A DNA stretch of 52,191 bases from Candidatus Thorarchaeota archaeon (GCA_019057475.1 DXJO01000044.1:1-52191); one strand, 5' to 3'; counted from the first letter of the stretch, positions 26,095 through 36,207 are shown. Translations and numbers: made by a program. The notes: generated by a model not told the origin, from the letters alone.

Positions 26095-27414
26095 TCATTC
26101 ATTGACTGCTTGTGCCTGCATGGCGATTCTGGGCTTCAGTTCTCGAACAGGTATACCAGTGGCTTTTGAAACAGTCAGGACGTCATCTGCTTCGGGTTTG
26201 ATTGCGATTATGCTCCCATCAGCAGCACGGGAAACCTTGACACGGACCATAAACTCGCGCCCGTCAATATTCATCTTGCACACGATAGTTTCTCTTGACG
26301 CCTTGAGCCGTTCCCAAGTAGTATAGCGAACACCCAGTGTTCCAAGATGCTTCATCATGACCTCAGCGATTCCTTTGAGCCCGGCTTTTGCAGCAATGAC
26401 TTTTATAATGAAACAAGGGCGGTTCTTCTTTCCGAAAGCGGGGATCATGACAACATCATAAGCTAATCCCTCTGACAGAAGAATGTCGAAAAGGCTACCC
26501 ATTGTTTCACCATCAACGTCATCTACAGTTGTTTCAACAACAACAACTTCATCCGAGCTCCAGTTGTCGAGCACCTCAATTCGCTCCTGTTTCGCGGGCT
26601 TTCCCTTCTTTGGCTTCTCTTTGGCAGGCTTAGGCGGCTTCTTCTTTGTAGGACTAATATCGCCAATCATGATTCTCATCATATTTGGAATGTCACCCAG
26701 ATCGCGGGAACCGAATCCTACCCCTTGGCGCATAGGGAAAAATTCCCCTGGAGGATCCCCGAACTTATCGATGAGAGTAGCAAGTATTGCGGCGCCTGTT
26801 GGGGTAAGAACCTCGGTATTCGCAGGCCCATTCACATAGGGAATATCATTGGCAACCAAGATCTCTGCAACTGCCGGTACAGGAACCTCAAGCTTGCCAT
26901 GTTCAGTCTGTATTGTTCCGGTGCCAACAGCAACCTTAGTACAGAAGAATTTCGCTGTTCCAAATAGACCCGCTTTCTCCAACAAATAGGCAGTACCGGC
27001 GATATCCAAGATTGTGTCCACGGAACCAAGCTCGTGAAGGTGGAGGTCCTTGAGTGGTTGATCGTGTGCCCTGCTCTCCGCCTGAAATAGCTCATTCAAC
27101 ACCTTATCGCAGAAATCCCTTGCAAGCTTCGATAGCTCGCACTCTTCTGCGATTGCGTTTAGCACTTCACGAAGTGAGCTGGGGGTTAATCGGATTCCTC
27201 TATCAAGTGTGACTTCTAGGTATTTTCCAGTGCGACCTTCGCGTGTCTTGCTTTGAATCTTGACTCGAAGAGTTGGATCATAAATGAGTAAACTTGCCGC
27301 CATTGGTAACAGGGAATCGTCCTCACCAATCAGATCTATCAACGCAGAGAGAAACATATCACCAGAGGCACCAGCAGTTGCGACATCAATGAGAACATTT
27401 GACTTACTCATCAA
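26095..27414 (-). CDS. larC: Nickel-pincer cofactor nickel insertase LarC family
   Basis: GASGDMFL, HLHELGSVDTILDI, VPVPAV, LTPTGAAI, GFGSRD, ETTVDDVDGE, TLGVR. Confidence 0.9.
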   Translation of the reverse strand: MMSKSNVLIDVATAGASGDMFLSALIDLIGEDDSLLPMAASLLIYDPTLRVKIQSKTREGRTGKYLEVTLDRGIRLTPSSLREVLNAIAEECELSKLARDFCDKVLNELFQAESRAHDQPLKDLHLHELGSVDTILDIAGTAYLLEKAGLFGTAKFFCTKVAVGTGTIQTEHGKLEVPVPAVAEILVANDIPYVNGPANTEVLTPTGAAILATLIDKFGDPPGEFFPMRQGVGFGSRDLGDIPNMMRIMIGDISPTKKKPPKPAKEKPKKGKPAKQERIEVLDNWSSDEVVVVETTVDDVDGETMGSLFDILLSEGLAYDVVMIPAFGKKNRPCFIIKVIAAKAGLKGIAEVMMKHLGTLGVRYTTWERLKASRETIVCKMNIDGREFMVRVKVSRAADGSIIAIKPEADDVLTVSKATGIPVRELKPRIAMQAQAVNE

Positions 27415-27531
27415 TTATTACTCCATCTCAGGATTATCTCGCGAGTCATCGAGTCCAAGACGACTGAACACTAAATAACGTTACTCAAATGTATGATGTT
27501 TTCGGTTGCTGTGACACCTATTGAAGTGGTT

Positions 27532-28323
27532 TCAAACTTGTGTTTTCCCACTTCGCCATTGCTCGAAGATAGCCATGTACATGCACTCATCGGGACCAAT
27601 CCACATTTCACCAGAGTCAAAGGATGCATCCACAAACTCCACAGGAGCATCGCGAATCAGAGCTGCAGGAATGGACTCATCAGATTCCCCCATAACAGCA
27701 GTGCACGCGGATGAGAGATTATCCGCAACCGCTCGTCTCGTTATCCTCATCGTATTGCCAAACAAGTCATTCCGTCCGCGATCATCCGCCACGGGTTTGA
27801 AGCCAGCAACGCCAAGCGCCATGCCAATGTTGCCAAGACGTAAAGGCTGCGTGCGGCTATCTATTATCAGTACTCCCACGGTCTTTCCCAATCGCTTCTT
27901 GATTTCGCTTCGAATGCGCATTGCGCTCACCTTTGGATTAACAGGTAGTAGAGAGGCGTAGCCCGGAGGGACGTTAGATTTGTCAACTCCTGCGTTGGCC
28001 ATCAGAGTGTTGTTCTTGATGGTCAGGAGCACGTGGGAAATTCCGCCTAGTATCTCATCAGCCTCCTGGATGACTAGCTCTGCCACCGCGGGTAGTAGAT
28101 CATATCTGTCTGCAAGGCTTTGAGCCATCGGAGAAACTTCGACCTCTGATAGCTTCACCACCTGCCCCTCGGTTGTCCCCAAAGGGGTTTCAGCCATAGC
28201 TAAGATATCATTGTCCTGAATCTCCTCTCCAGTGTTCGAAATTGCCTCTATGAGAATATCCAGCATATCATCCTCTGCTGTGATGATTCGTGTCTTGATT
28301 GGTATAACTAGCAAGTCCGTCAT
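27532..28323 (-). CDS. cofE: Coenzyme F420-0:L-glutamate ligase family
   Basis: ANAGVDKSN, IIDSRTQPLRLG, DDRGRNDLFG, AVADNLSS, MGESDE. Confidence 0.88.
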   Translation of the reverse strand: MTDLLVIPIKTRIITAEDDMLDILIEAISNTGEEIQDNDILAMAETPLGTTEGQVVKLSEVEVSPMAQSLADRYDLLPAVAELVIQEADEILGGISHVLLTIKNNTLMANAGVDKSNVPPGYASLLPVNPKVSAMRIRSEIKKRLGKTVGVLIIDSRTQPLRLGNIGMALGVAGFKPVADDRGRNDLFGNTMRITRRAVADNLSSACTAVMGESDESIPAALIRDAPVEFVDASFDSGEMWIGPDECMYMAIFEQWRSGKTQV

Positions 28324-29747
28324 TACTCCCGGTGTGGTTTCTTAGCTCTCTGAAGTTTCATGCGGGCGCCCATTATGCACTTGTCCCCCTTTCTCCCGCC
28401 CATGGGATTGTGCCTTGTTCCCATCGAGTTCATGCATCTTGCTGCAACTGCAGCACCCATGGCAAGGCCATCTTCTACAAACATCAATTGATGCGAGTCT
28501 GTCCAGAAGGAGCCATCAATCTTCGTCAGATGTTCGGCAATGAGCCTGGGTTTGTTTCCAGTAGTTGCAGCTCGCCCTGTGATGCCCAAGGATGTATCGT
28601 CCAACACAATGCCCTCCGCCTCAGCAAGAGTCACAATGCGCTGAACTATGTCAGCTTGGATTATGTCGATTGCATTCATCAGAAGACCGATACCGCCTGA
28701 ACTTGCAATCTCACTTCCAAGATTCTCAAGCTTGCTCAGATCAGAACCATTGTCACCCGCGTCAACACCTATCAGAACTACTCCGGACTTGTCAGCAGCA
28801 TCAGCGCTAACTGGGACTGTGCCGAATCTCTTTGCTTCGCGTGGCACCCGTTTGACTATCACAATCTGACGTGCGCGCTCAATCCAGTTCTGATCGATTT
28901 CCTTATCTGATGCATTCCAGTTGTCTTGCAGATCTAAAACACACCCGGTGGAACCATCCACATGCCCTGTTCCTCGAACTAGGGCGTCAGGTATCGCTCC
29001 TGCAAGCCCAGCAAAGGAGCCGATTGTATTGGCATAGGGAATTCCATCATTGGTTACTCTGCCCGCAAGAGTTGTGCCAAAGTCCAATGTCATCACGGGA
29101 TTCCGGAAATCAACCTCAGTGCTCTTGGCAGCTCCCTTTAACCCAGCTGTAACAAGTTCCCCTTCCATCTCATTAGCGACGATTTCTGCGTTTGCCGGAG
29201 GCAGGGAGCTTGCGACAGCCCCGTCAAAGTACACTTTCTTTAGCCAAGTGAAGTCCCTAATGCCAGGAGGAAGATTCTCCGGTGATAGTGATGCAGTCAT
29301 CTTCCGCGGAGGAACGCCTGCGGCGAGACATCCGTCCGCTAACGCTTGGACCACGGCACCAACCTCAGCGGGCTCAGCAAAACTTGCAGTTACTCCTGTA
29401 GACCGCACTACAAAGTGAAGGTCTCGTTCGATGTCAACCCTGGCTCGAGAGAGCACCGTGGTGAGAACGTCAGCAATCATCTCTGAAACCGCTTCACGCG
29501 TGAGGTCTATTCCAACTAGCGTGGACCCAAAGACAGTCTCATCAGGTCGGGGGGGTCTCACTTCTCTTGTGAGCCGGACCTCTTTCTCAATCTCGTAAAT
29601 CTCTGCAGTCTTTAGGTTGGTCGATACAAGAATGCATTTCGTTGTGGTATTACCCAGCTCAACTGATGCTACCGTATAGAATGGGGCCATCCGAAGGGAC
29701 GACACCCCGATTCTTCGGGGTCGCACTATCAACGGTTTCTTTGTCAA
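28323..29747 (-). CDS. Methanogenesis marker protein 14 (ASKHA/actin-like ATPase fold)
   Basis: VASVELGNTTTKCIL, VRPP, FVVRSTGV, NEMEGELVTAG, LDFGTTLAGR, FVEDGLA, RCMNSMG. Likely TTG start near 29747. Confidence 0.88.
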   Translation of the reverse strand: MTKKPLIVRPRRIGVSSLRMAPFYTVASVELGNTTTKCILVSTNLKTAEIYEIEKEVRLTREVRPPRPDETVFGSTLVGIDLTREAVSEMIADVLTTVLSRARVDIERDLHFVVRSTGVTASFAEPAEVGAVVQALADGCLAAGVPPRKMTASLSPENLPPGIRDFTWLKKVYFDGAVASSLPPANAEIVANEMEGELVTAGLKGAAKSTEVDFRNPVMTLDFGTTLAGRVTNDGIPYANTIGSFAGLAGAIPDALVRGTGHVDGSTGCVLDLQDNWNASDKEIDQNWIERARQIVIVKRVPREAKRFGTVPVSADAADKSGVVLIGVDAGDNGSDLSKLENLGSEIASSGGIGLLMNAIDIIQADIVQRIVTLAEAEGIVLDDTSLGITGRAATTGNKPRLIAEHLTKIDGSFWTDSHQLMFVEDGLAMGAAVAARCMNSMGTRHNPMGGRKGDKCIMGARMKLQRAKKPHRE

Positions 29748-29763
29748 TCTCAACACCGCCAGT

Positions 29764-30699
29764 TCAAAGAAGTCGTTTGAATGGATGATCAGCAGATGGC
29801 TCCGTTCCAAACTCCAAGCTCGCTGCCTCAGCGGCAAAGATATCCGCCATGGCGACCGCTGGAAAAACCCGTTCTGCATTGCCTATTGGCCCGTAGAGTA
29901 TGAAGTCCGCTCCCATCATCTGCACGATGAGATTCGATGCCGCATCGCACACTCGGTATGCCTCTTTGTTGGCTTTCTTTCGATTTCGAAGCCAAGTCCA
30001 TGATGATGGAGCATTGTGAGCACCAGAACCGGTAGGTAGACCATAGACTGTCTTTGATACAAAAGTGAATGCGGCGGCAGAGCCGGCTCCTGCACCCATT
30101 GCAGTTGTTGCTGTGTCGATGAGAGGCTTGGTCACGCCTAGTTCTCGGCTCAGCGGCAGAAGCCCTTTCTTAAGCTCCAGAGCCCCTTCATCCAAGATCA
30201 GTCTACGTCCTGCGATTGATGGGTCCTGTGGATTGAATGCAAGGATTATGGCACACTCGTGTTGAATCTCAGCAAGTGCTTGTATCTCCTCATCAGATGC
30301 AGATACGTTAATTGAATTGTATACTGCTCTATCTAGTAGCCCAACTTCCTCAGCATAACGAAGTCCTGCAATTCGGACCATTGGTTCTGTGGAGTCAATT
30401 AGGAATGGAGAATCTGTCACGTCAACTATGAGATCAATATACTTCTGCATGGCGGCCTCCGATTCCGAGAAAATCTGCACCATTGAGGGATTCCCGGTGA
30501 TCCCGGCAAGCTCATCCTGTTTTCGAATCAACGCCTCGGCTGCTGCCCTGTCTATGATTCCACGTTTGGCATTCTCAACAATTTTGTGACCGCTGTAGAA
30601 TATCGTACCAATCAGAACAGTAGGGGTTTCTCCTGGAGTTCCGCCAATATTCACTCCACCTACATTGTGGATGACCTGTTCCTTCTCAAACATGAACAT
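29764..30699 (-). CDS. mtrH: Methyltransferase MtrH family (copy 1)
   Basis: FEKEQ...IGGTPGETPTVLIGTIFY, IDST, YNSIN, HNAPSSW, ILYGPI. Confidence 0.92.
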   Translation of the reverse strand: MFMFEKEQVIHNVGGVNIGGTPGETPTVLIGTIFYSGHKIVENAKRGIIDRAAAEALIRKQDELAGITGNPSMVQIFSESEAAMQKYIDLIVDVTDSPFLIDSTEPMVRIAGLRYAEEVGLLDRAVYNSINVSASDEEIQALAEIQHECAIILAFNPQDPSIAGRRLILDEGALELKKGLLPLSRELGVTKPLIDTATTAMGAGAGSAAAFTFVSKTVYGLPTGSGAHNAPSSWTWLRNRKKANKEAYRVCDAASNLIVQMMGADFILYGPIGNAERVFPAVAMADIFAAEAASLEFGTEPSADHPFKRLL

Positions 30700-30701
30700 C
30701 G

Positions 30702-31400
30702 TTACTGCATCTCCTTTCCAACTAGTATCGTTCCAGATTCAATTGACCGGACTTCCACACCCACACTCGATGGGCCTACGCATAGCACTGCATGTGAGTC
30801 TGATCTTGCAACAAGTGAGCTCCAGGGGTCATACGAAACACCAAATTCGGGAAGCAATGCAACTGACCCGCCAATGCTTGCTGAATGCGTCCCCCCGGAC
30901 CCCACTCTGAACTCCACCCATATAGCCTCCTCTGGATAAGGGCCGGGATTCCTGGCGTTGAGTTCCTCCACACGGCTCGCCATCTCTTGCGGGTTGGAAA
31001 CATTCATCATGTTGATGAACTCAACTTGGTTTCGAAATCGCTCCACACCCTCGAGCGGCACATTTTCTATGTATGGAATTGCTCCTGGAGAATCTACAAT
31101 CTTCCGAGAGTCTTCGTCCACTCCCTTTTCGTGGAGACAAGCTATTGAAGTGCCAGTTCTATGACCAGGTACCTCTGGTCCAGCTAGAATGAAGAAACGA
31201 ATGGATGGGTTAGATATCACATTTGCAATGATACGCTCGATGCCAATATTCTCAGTCTTACACGTGCCAATGATTGCGTAATCAGCAGAGACCTCGATTT
31301 TCTTTCCGAGAGTGCAGATTGCCACGCATGATTTTGGGTCACCGACTTCATAGTCACCGGGGACAGGAGGCCAAGCATGCTCGTTTCTGGACGTTTCCAA
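30702..31400 (-). CDS. mtrA: Corrinoid protein MtrA family, soluble (no TM anchor)
   Basis: WPPVPGDY, CKTENIGIE, ISNPSIRF, EVPGHRTG (cobalt-ligand His), GAIPYIEN. Confidence 0.92.
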   Translation of the reverse strand: METSRNEHAWPPVPGDYEVGDPKSCVAICTLGKKIEVSADYAIIGTCKTENIGIERIIANVISNPSIRFFILAGPEVPGHRTGTSIACLHEKGVDEDSRKIVDSPGAIPYIENVPLEGVERFRNQVEFINMMNVSNPQEMASRVEELNARNPGPYPEEAIWVEFRVGSGGTHSASIGGSVALLPEFGVSYDPWSSLVARSDSHAVLCVGPSSVGVEVRSIESGTILVGKEMQ

Positions 31401-31412
31401 GTGTTAGTCCCC

Positions 31413-32330
31413 CTACTCGAATGTGGGCGGTGCAAACAATTGCCTATCCAATCCAAGAGCCTGGTTCGCTTCCGCAACTGCTGATGCAATGGCATTGGAC
31501 ATCAGAGCGACGGATGTGAATACCTCCTTCGTTCGAGACATCGATCCGTACATGATGCAGTCGGTTGCGAATAGTTGAGCAGCCACTGTCGAGGATACTA
31601 CAGTGGCCGTGTGTGTCACCTCATCATCGAAACCAGGTTGTTTGATGAATTTCCAAGCTGATGGCGCGTTGTGAGGGGCTAGACATGTGGGAAGGCCCAG
31701 CTCCGACTTAATGGCCAGTATGGTTCGGTAATCTAGGCCGTAACCCGCGCCCACAGGCATTGTCGCAGGATCTATTACCATCTTCTCGATACCCATATTC
31801 TCTGCCTCAGAAATCATCTTCTTGATGGTTTCCATGCGGTCCGGAAGAGATGTTGCCCTTGGTGACCAACCCAAGACAACGGCCATGTTCAGATTGCTAT
31901 TCCGCAGGAGTTCGCTCTCTTCATCCTTCATTGAGAGATTGATAGAGTTGTAGATTGCTCGGTCTGCAAGGCCTGAATCACTGCAATACTCAATCGCTCG
32001 CCGTCTAGCCTTTGAGCCAGTTGACTCAAACATGAATGGGCCATCGTAATTCTCTGCAAGCCATGAGAGGTGCCGCTCCATGGCCACACTGGTTCTCCCA
32101 AAGGCTTGTATGACAAGTGGATGACCCGTCCTCTCAGCCATAGCGATTCCAGTGTCAATCCACTCCTTGGTCATCTTCTTGTCGAAGAGACCTTCTTTCG
32201 TACTCTCAACAAGAGGCTGGCCCTTGAAGAAGAGACCTCCAATCAGCACTGTGGGATTCTCTCCCGGATGGCCGCCTATCTTTACGCCTCCAAAATCAAA
32301 TGTCTGCTGCTCTTTCTTGAACACGAACAC
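31413..32330 (-). CDS. mtrH: Methyltransferase MtrH family (divergent copy 2)
   Basis: FKKEQ...IGGHPGENPTVLIG, FEST, YNSIN, HNAPSAW, IMYGS. Confidence 0.88.
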   Translation of the reverse strand: MFVFKKEQQTFDFGGVKIGGHPGENPTVLIGGLFFKGQPLVESTKEGLFDKKMTKEWIDTGIAMAERTGHPLVIQAFGRTSVAMERHLSWLAENYDGPFMFESTGSKARRRAIEYCSDSGLADRAIYNSINLSMKDEESELLRNSNLNMAVVLGWSPRATSLPDRMETIKKMISEAENMGIEKMVIDPATMPVGAGYGLDYRTILAIKSELGLPTCLAPHNAPSAWKFIKQPGFDDEVTHTATVVSSTVAAQLFATDCIMYGSMSRTKEVFTSVALMSNAIASAVAEANQALGLDRQLFAPPTFE

Positions 32331-32340
32331 CTAGCACACC

Positions 32341-33354
32341 TCACTTCGGTCGAGGATGCAAACCAGTTCCTTTGACAAGCTCTGGAATGCTCTCTTCCCA
32401 GCCTACGCCCATGATGTGGACGCCGTTTACCCCAGCAATTTTCTTCACTGCCTCAATTGTTTCCATTGCTATTCGGAGTCCTTCTCCTCGTACCTCACTT
32501 CTCTTCTCTGCGCCCTTCAGACTAGCTCCTGCCTTTTCGAGCCGCTCTATGAATTCCTCAGGTATCTTGATGCCAGGAATCTGTCGATTCATGAATGCTG
32601 CCATCTTGGGACCCTTCAGGGGGATGATTCCAGCGAGTACCTTTACATTGTAGCCACGGATACCTTTCATGAATTCTTCAAGTCTAGAAGTATCGTAAAT
32701 CGCTTGAGTCTGGAAGAACTGTGCACCCGCATCCAGTTTCTTCTCAACACGCCACACATGCATTTCCATTGGGTCGGCGTAGGGGTTGAATGTAGCGCCA
32801 AGGTAGTAGTCAGGAGTTCCCTCAAGCTTGTCCCCAGCGAGGTCGGTTCCGCCCATCAAATGACTTGCCAGACCCAGTGCCTGAATGGAGTCGAGATCAT
32901 AGACCATCTTAGTCTGGGGGTGAGAACCCAGTAGTGTGTGGTCTCCAGTCATGAAGAGGATATTCCTAATTCCCATGGCATACGCACCATAAAGCTCACT
33001 CTCAAACAGAATCCTGTTCCGGTCACGAGCTGACATCTGCATGATTGGCTCTGCTCCGGTTTCAAGCACGTAATGTGCACAAGTCATGCTGCTCATTGTG
33101 GGAATGCCGCGAACATTGTCTGTGATATTTATGGCATCGCAGTAATCCTTGACGAGGCGCGTGCGCTCAACCACAAGCTGGTGATTCGCTCCGTGAGGGG
33201 GACCTACCTCCCCTGTTACAACGAATTCCCCGCGTTCAAGCAGGCTCTTCAAACGAGTATCTACCAGGGTTCTATTCTCCTCTAGATTGACCAGAAGGAC
33301 AATCAACCAGCAGCACATAATCTCTTTGGTAGCCATGGCCGGTTTTTGAATCAA
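32341..33354 (-). CDS. metF: Methylenetetrahydrofolate reductase MetF
   Basis: TGEVGPP, NITDN, ARDRNR, MTGDH, YDLDS, KKLDAGAQFFQTQ, GVHIM. True start is probably ~90 nt further in. Confidence 0.92.
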   Translation of the reverse strand: MIQKPAMATKEIMCCWLIVLLVNLEENRTLVDTRLKSLLERGEFVVTGEVGPPHGANHQLVVERTRLVKDYCDAINITDNVRGIPTMSSMTCAHYVLETGAEPIMQMSARDRNRILFESELYGAYAMGIRNILFMTGDHTLLGSHPQTKMVYDLDSIQALGLASHLMGGTDLAGDKLEGTPDYYLGATFNPYADPMEMHVWRVEKKLDAGAQFFQTQAIYDTSRLEEFMKGIRGYNVKVLAGIIPLKGPKMAAFMNRQIPGIKIPEEFIERLEKAGASLKGAEKRSEVRGEGLRIAMETIEAVKKIAGVNGVHIMGVGWEESIPELVKGTGLHPRPK

Positions 33355-33378
33355 CTAGATGGGAATGCGTTCGAGCAC

Positions 33379-35451
33379 TCAACGCCGAAACTTGGGATAG
33401 AGGACCGAAACCACTAGAATCACAGCGGCAGACCCGGTTATGATTATGACTACCAGATTCTGAAGGATGAAAGCAGTAATATCGAAACCGCCATTACTCT
33501 CCACATTCACCCATACGGTATCACTGGCAGAATTACCAGCCCCATCGTATACGACCAACGTATAGTTGTAGACTCCTATCTCAAGACTATGGAGATAGAA
33601 GGTCAGGTCAGAACCGTCCCAGTCACCAGAGGATAGCAGAGTGGAGTTGCGATAGAGCTCGTAGCTGTCGGGTGAAGACGATTCTGCCTGCCAAGAAATG
33701 GGGTGACCATAATCCAGATACGTGAAAGTTATGTCAGCTGGGCTTGAGAGCAAGATAGCCATATTGAAGTAACTTGGATTGGAGCTCAATTCAAGGAAAT
33801 GGTCAGGAACGTATATCGAAATTACAAATAGGCCAGATGTGACCATAGGTTCAGCCATTGGGTCCGGATCCCACGAATTCCATCCTGAGGCACCAATCTC
33901 TGAAAAGACGTGTTCAGGCAGTATCGGCTTGAGGAATATGGAATTCATCTCCCAGTATGAGAGGGACCCAAACTCGATAACCACTGTGGTTGATGTAGTA
34001 CTGTAAGCTGTGAGAAGATCATCCAATCCTTCTCCGTAGGGGTTGCCTGATCCATCCTTATAGAAGTTGAAAGTGAACGCAACGTCCTCAGCTGTTATCG
34101 ATGTGTTGTCAGTCCACTTAGCATTGTCAACCAGCTCGAATGTAAACCGGGTTCTTCCAACGGGAACACCCGGATTGTCATCATTGGTTTCCGTGGTGAA
34201 AGATTCAGCAAGCCAAGGAATAAGTTCGCCAGCGGGACTACGTCGCATCAGGCTGTCGTACATGTTGCTGAGCACGAGCGCAGTGTGCTCTGACGAGGTC
34301 ACCATGAAGTTGAACGTGTCGATACTCTCAGGAATACCAATCTTAAACGTGCCGCCGAATGGACCACCTTGTGAGCTCATCAAACGCGTTTGATAATTCG
34401 TCCACCAGCAAGGAATGCTGTCAACGATGTCATCAACAAACCCCTCAAATTTATCGGTTCTGTAAGCTCCAAACTTGAAATTGTTGTAGCAGACTATGAT
34501 TGGACACTCATAGATCAGAATCTCCTGCATTTGATTCAGGGCGTCCATGACTTCATCATAGTAGGGAGAGTTCAGAAGGTTATCTCGATGTGTGTCAAAA
34601 GTGGCATTTGCGAAGTTCGCGTAGTTGATAAAATTCACATCTGCGTTATCCGACCAGAACTCGTAAGCCATCCATGTGACATCAAAGTCGCCGAAGTCCT
34701 TCCCAATAAACGCCACGTCGTAATCTTGGTGGTTATAGAGCTTGATCAGAATCTCATAACCCTCCATGGGATGGACCACCACATCGACATGAAGAGCTTG
34801 CATCGCTGATTCGAAGGCCGCCCCAATTTCAATCGAAATACTCGAGGAAGCTGCTACATCAATAGAAATGTTGAAGGGATCCCCGTTTGGGGCATGCCGA
34901 TAGGTTTCACCCCCGGGTATCGAGAAGCCTGCATTGTCAAGTAATTGGTTTGCATAGTCGATGTCAGACGCGTAGTAGTTGCAAGATAGATCTCCATCAA
35001 TGCAATACGGGTTGGCCAGTGGAATAGGGGAATCTTGAGGAGTGGCCATACCCTCAAAGAGGTCCGTACAAATTGCCTGCTTGTCATATGCAAAAGCGAT
35101 TGCTCTTCGCAGTGTAGTTATACTTAGCGGGTATTTGGCGGTGTTCAGAATCATGTGACCATACCCATTCCTGTCATACTTGGCGATTTCGATGTTGGCA
35201 GCTGTGTCAAGCGCATGCAACTGCGATGAATCATCCAGTTTTGCCTGAAGAATGTCAATATCATCATCTTGAATCGCTTGTACCAAGTTCGCTGTATTCG
35301 GGATTATGTCGTACCTTATTCTGTCCAAGTACGGACCTTGCTCTAGGGTTGTTTCTCCTTGAGCTATCATAGGAAAAGGCGCAACATCCGAAAGTAGCAG
35401 GAGAACAGTCAGCACCAACAGAAATGTACCCAAAGAATTCTTTGATTTCAT
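33379..35451 (-). CDS. Family 5 (Opp/Dpp) substrate-binding protein, apparently circularly permuted, with Ig-like domain and TM anchor
   Basis: LRRAIAFAYDK and ANQLLDNAGF come before GGTF...YDSL...PWLAES...WTD..ITAEDVAFTF; C-terminal YNYTLVVYDGAGN plus TM. Confidence 0.88.
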   Translation of the reverse strand: MKSKNSLGTFLLVLTVLLLLSDVAPFPMIAQGETTLEQGPYLDRIRYDIIPNTANLVQAIQDDDIDILQAKLDDSSQLHALDTAANIEIAKYDRNGYGHMILNTAKYPLSITTLRRAIAFAYDKQAICTDLFEGMATPQDSPIPLANPYCIDGDLSCNYYASDIDYANQLLDNAGFSIPGGETYRHAPNGDPFNISIDVAASSSISIEIGAAFESAMQALHVDVVVHPMEGYEILIKLYNHQDYDVAFIGKDFGDFDVTWMAYEFWSDNADVNFINYANFANATFDTHRDNLLNSPYYDEVMDALNQMQEILIYECPIIVCYNNFKFGAYRTDKFEGFVDDIVDSIPCWWTNYQTRLMSSQGGPFGGTFKIGIPESIDTFNFMVTSSEHTALVLSNMYDSLMRRSPAGELIPWLAESFTTETNDDNPGVPVGRTRFTFELVDNAKWTDNTSITAEDVAFTFNFYKDGSGNPYGEGLDDLLTAYSTTSTTVVIEFGSLSYWEMNSIFLKPILPEHVFSEIGASGWNSWDPDPMAEPMVTSGLFVISIYVPDHFLELSSNPSYFNMAILLSSPADITFTYLDYGHPISWQAESSSPDSYELYRNSTLLSSGDWDGSDLTFYLHSLEIGVYNYTLVVYDGAGNSASDTVWVNVESNGGFDITAFILQNLVVIIITGSAAVILVVSVLYPKFRR

Positions 35452-35550
35452 ATCCGAAACTCACCCTCTAGCTTGTGCTGACTGATGGATGAATCAACAT
35501 AATAGGATTGCGCCGGCCAGAGAGAGTATGAAGGTCAAAAGGGACACGCA

Positions 35551-36207
35551 TCAGATTTCTTCATGAACTATGCTTCGGGGCCCCCTCGCGAGGCTCCAAT
35601 CCTTCATCTCCCATATTTTCTTGATATTGTCCAGCTTGTCCAGCTTCTTCAACCGGTCGTAGATGAGCTGCCACGCACATTCTGTTTCGAGGTCTCTCTC
35701 ACACATTCCGTCCATGGACCCTCCACAAGGCCCATTTAGGAGACCCTTGGCACATCGTGAAACTGGACAGATTCCACCTGTGAGATGAAGAACACACTCA
35801 CCACACATCGAGCATCGTTCGTCGTGGTGATACCGTTCGGGCATCACACCTAGAAACTTCGAATCAACTGCGGGAAACGCCTCCTTCTCGGGAAGCAACT
35901 CGACAACAGCTTGCGTAGCAACTCCACACGCTTGGATAAGAAAGGCATCTGCTTCCTCGATCATCTCGATGTTCGCATCAATCTCTTGCTTCAGTGCATT
36001 TGCATCGCACATGCCGCCCTCTACGAAGATATATCCGAGCACTTTCTTTCCATGTCCGGTGAGAAAGTCATCCATATCCTCGAGCTGGAGTATTCCGCCG
36101 ACATCACACATCTGGGCACAACCGGAGTCGCCAAAAAGGACTACTTTCTCAAATGAGTCCAACATCTCGAGAATATCCTCCGACGATTTGAGATCCATGA
36201 CAATCAT
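35551..36207 (-). CDS. metV: MetV (MTHFR C-terminal/Fe-S subunit)
   Basis: CSMCGECVLHLTGGICPVSRCAKGLLNGPCGG...CE...CAW. Likely start MIV at 36207. Confidence 0.88.
   Translation of the reverse strand: MIVMDLKSSEDILEMLDSFEKVVLFGDSGCAQMCDVGGILQLEDMDDFLTGHGKKVLGYIFVEGGMCDANALKQEIDANIEMIEEADAFLIQACGVATQAVVELLPEKEAFPAVDSKFLGVMPERYHHDERCSMCGECVLHLTGGICPVSRCAKGLLNGPCGGSMDGMCERDLETECAWQLIYDRLKKLDKLDNIKKIWEMKDWSLARGPRSIVHEEI

Noticed and set aside
28323-32330. Evidence of methanogenesis
   Set aside because: No mcr or membrane Mtr subunits in the window, and MtrA lacks its anchor.
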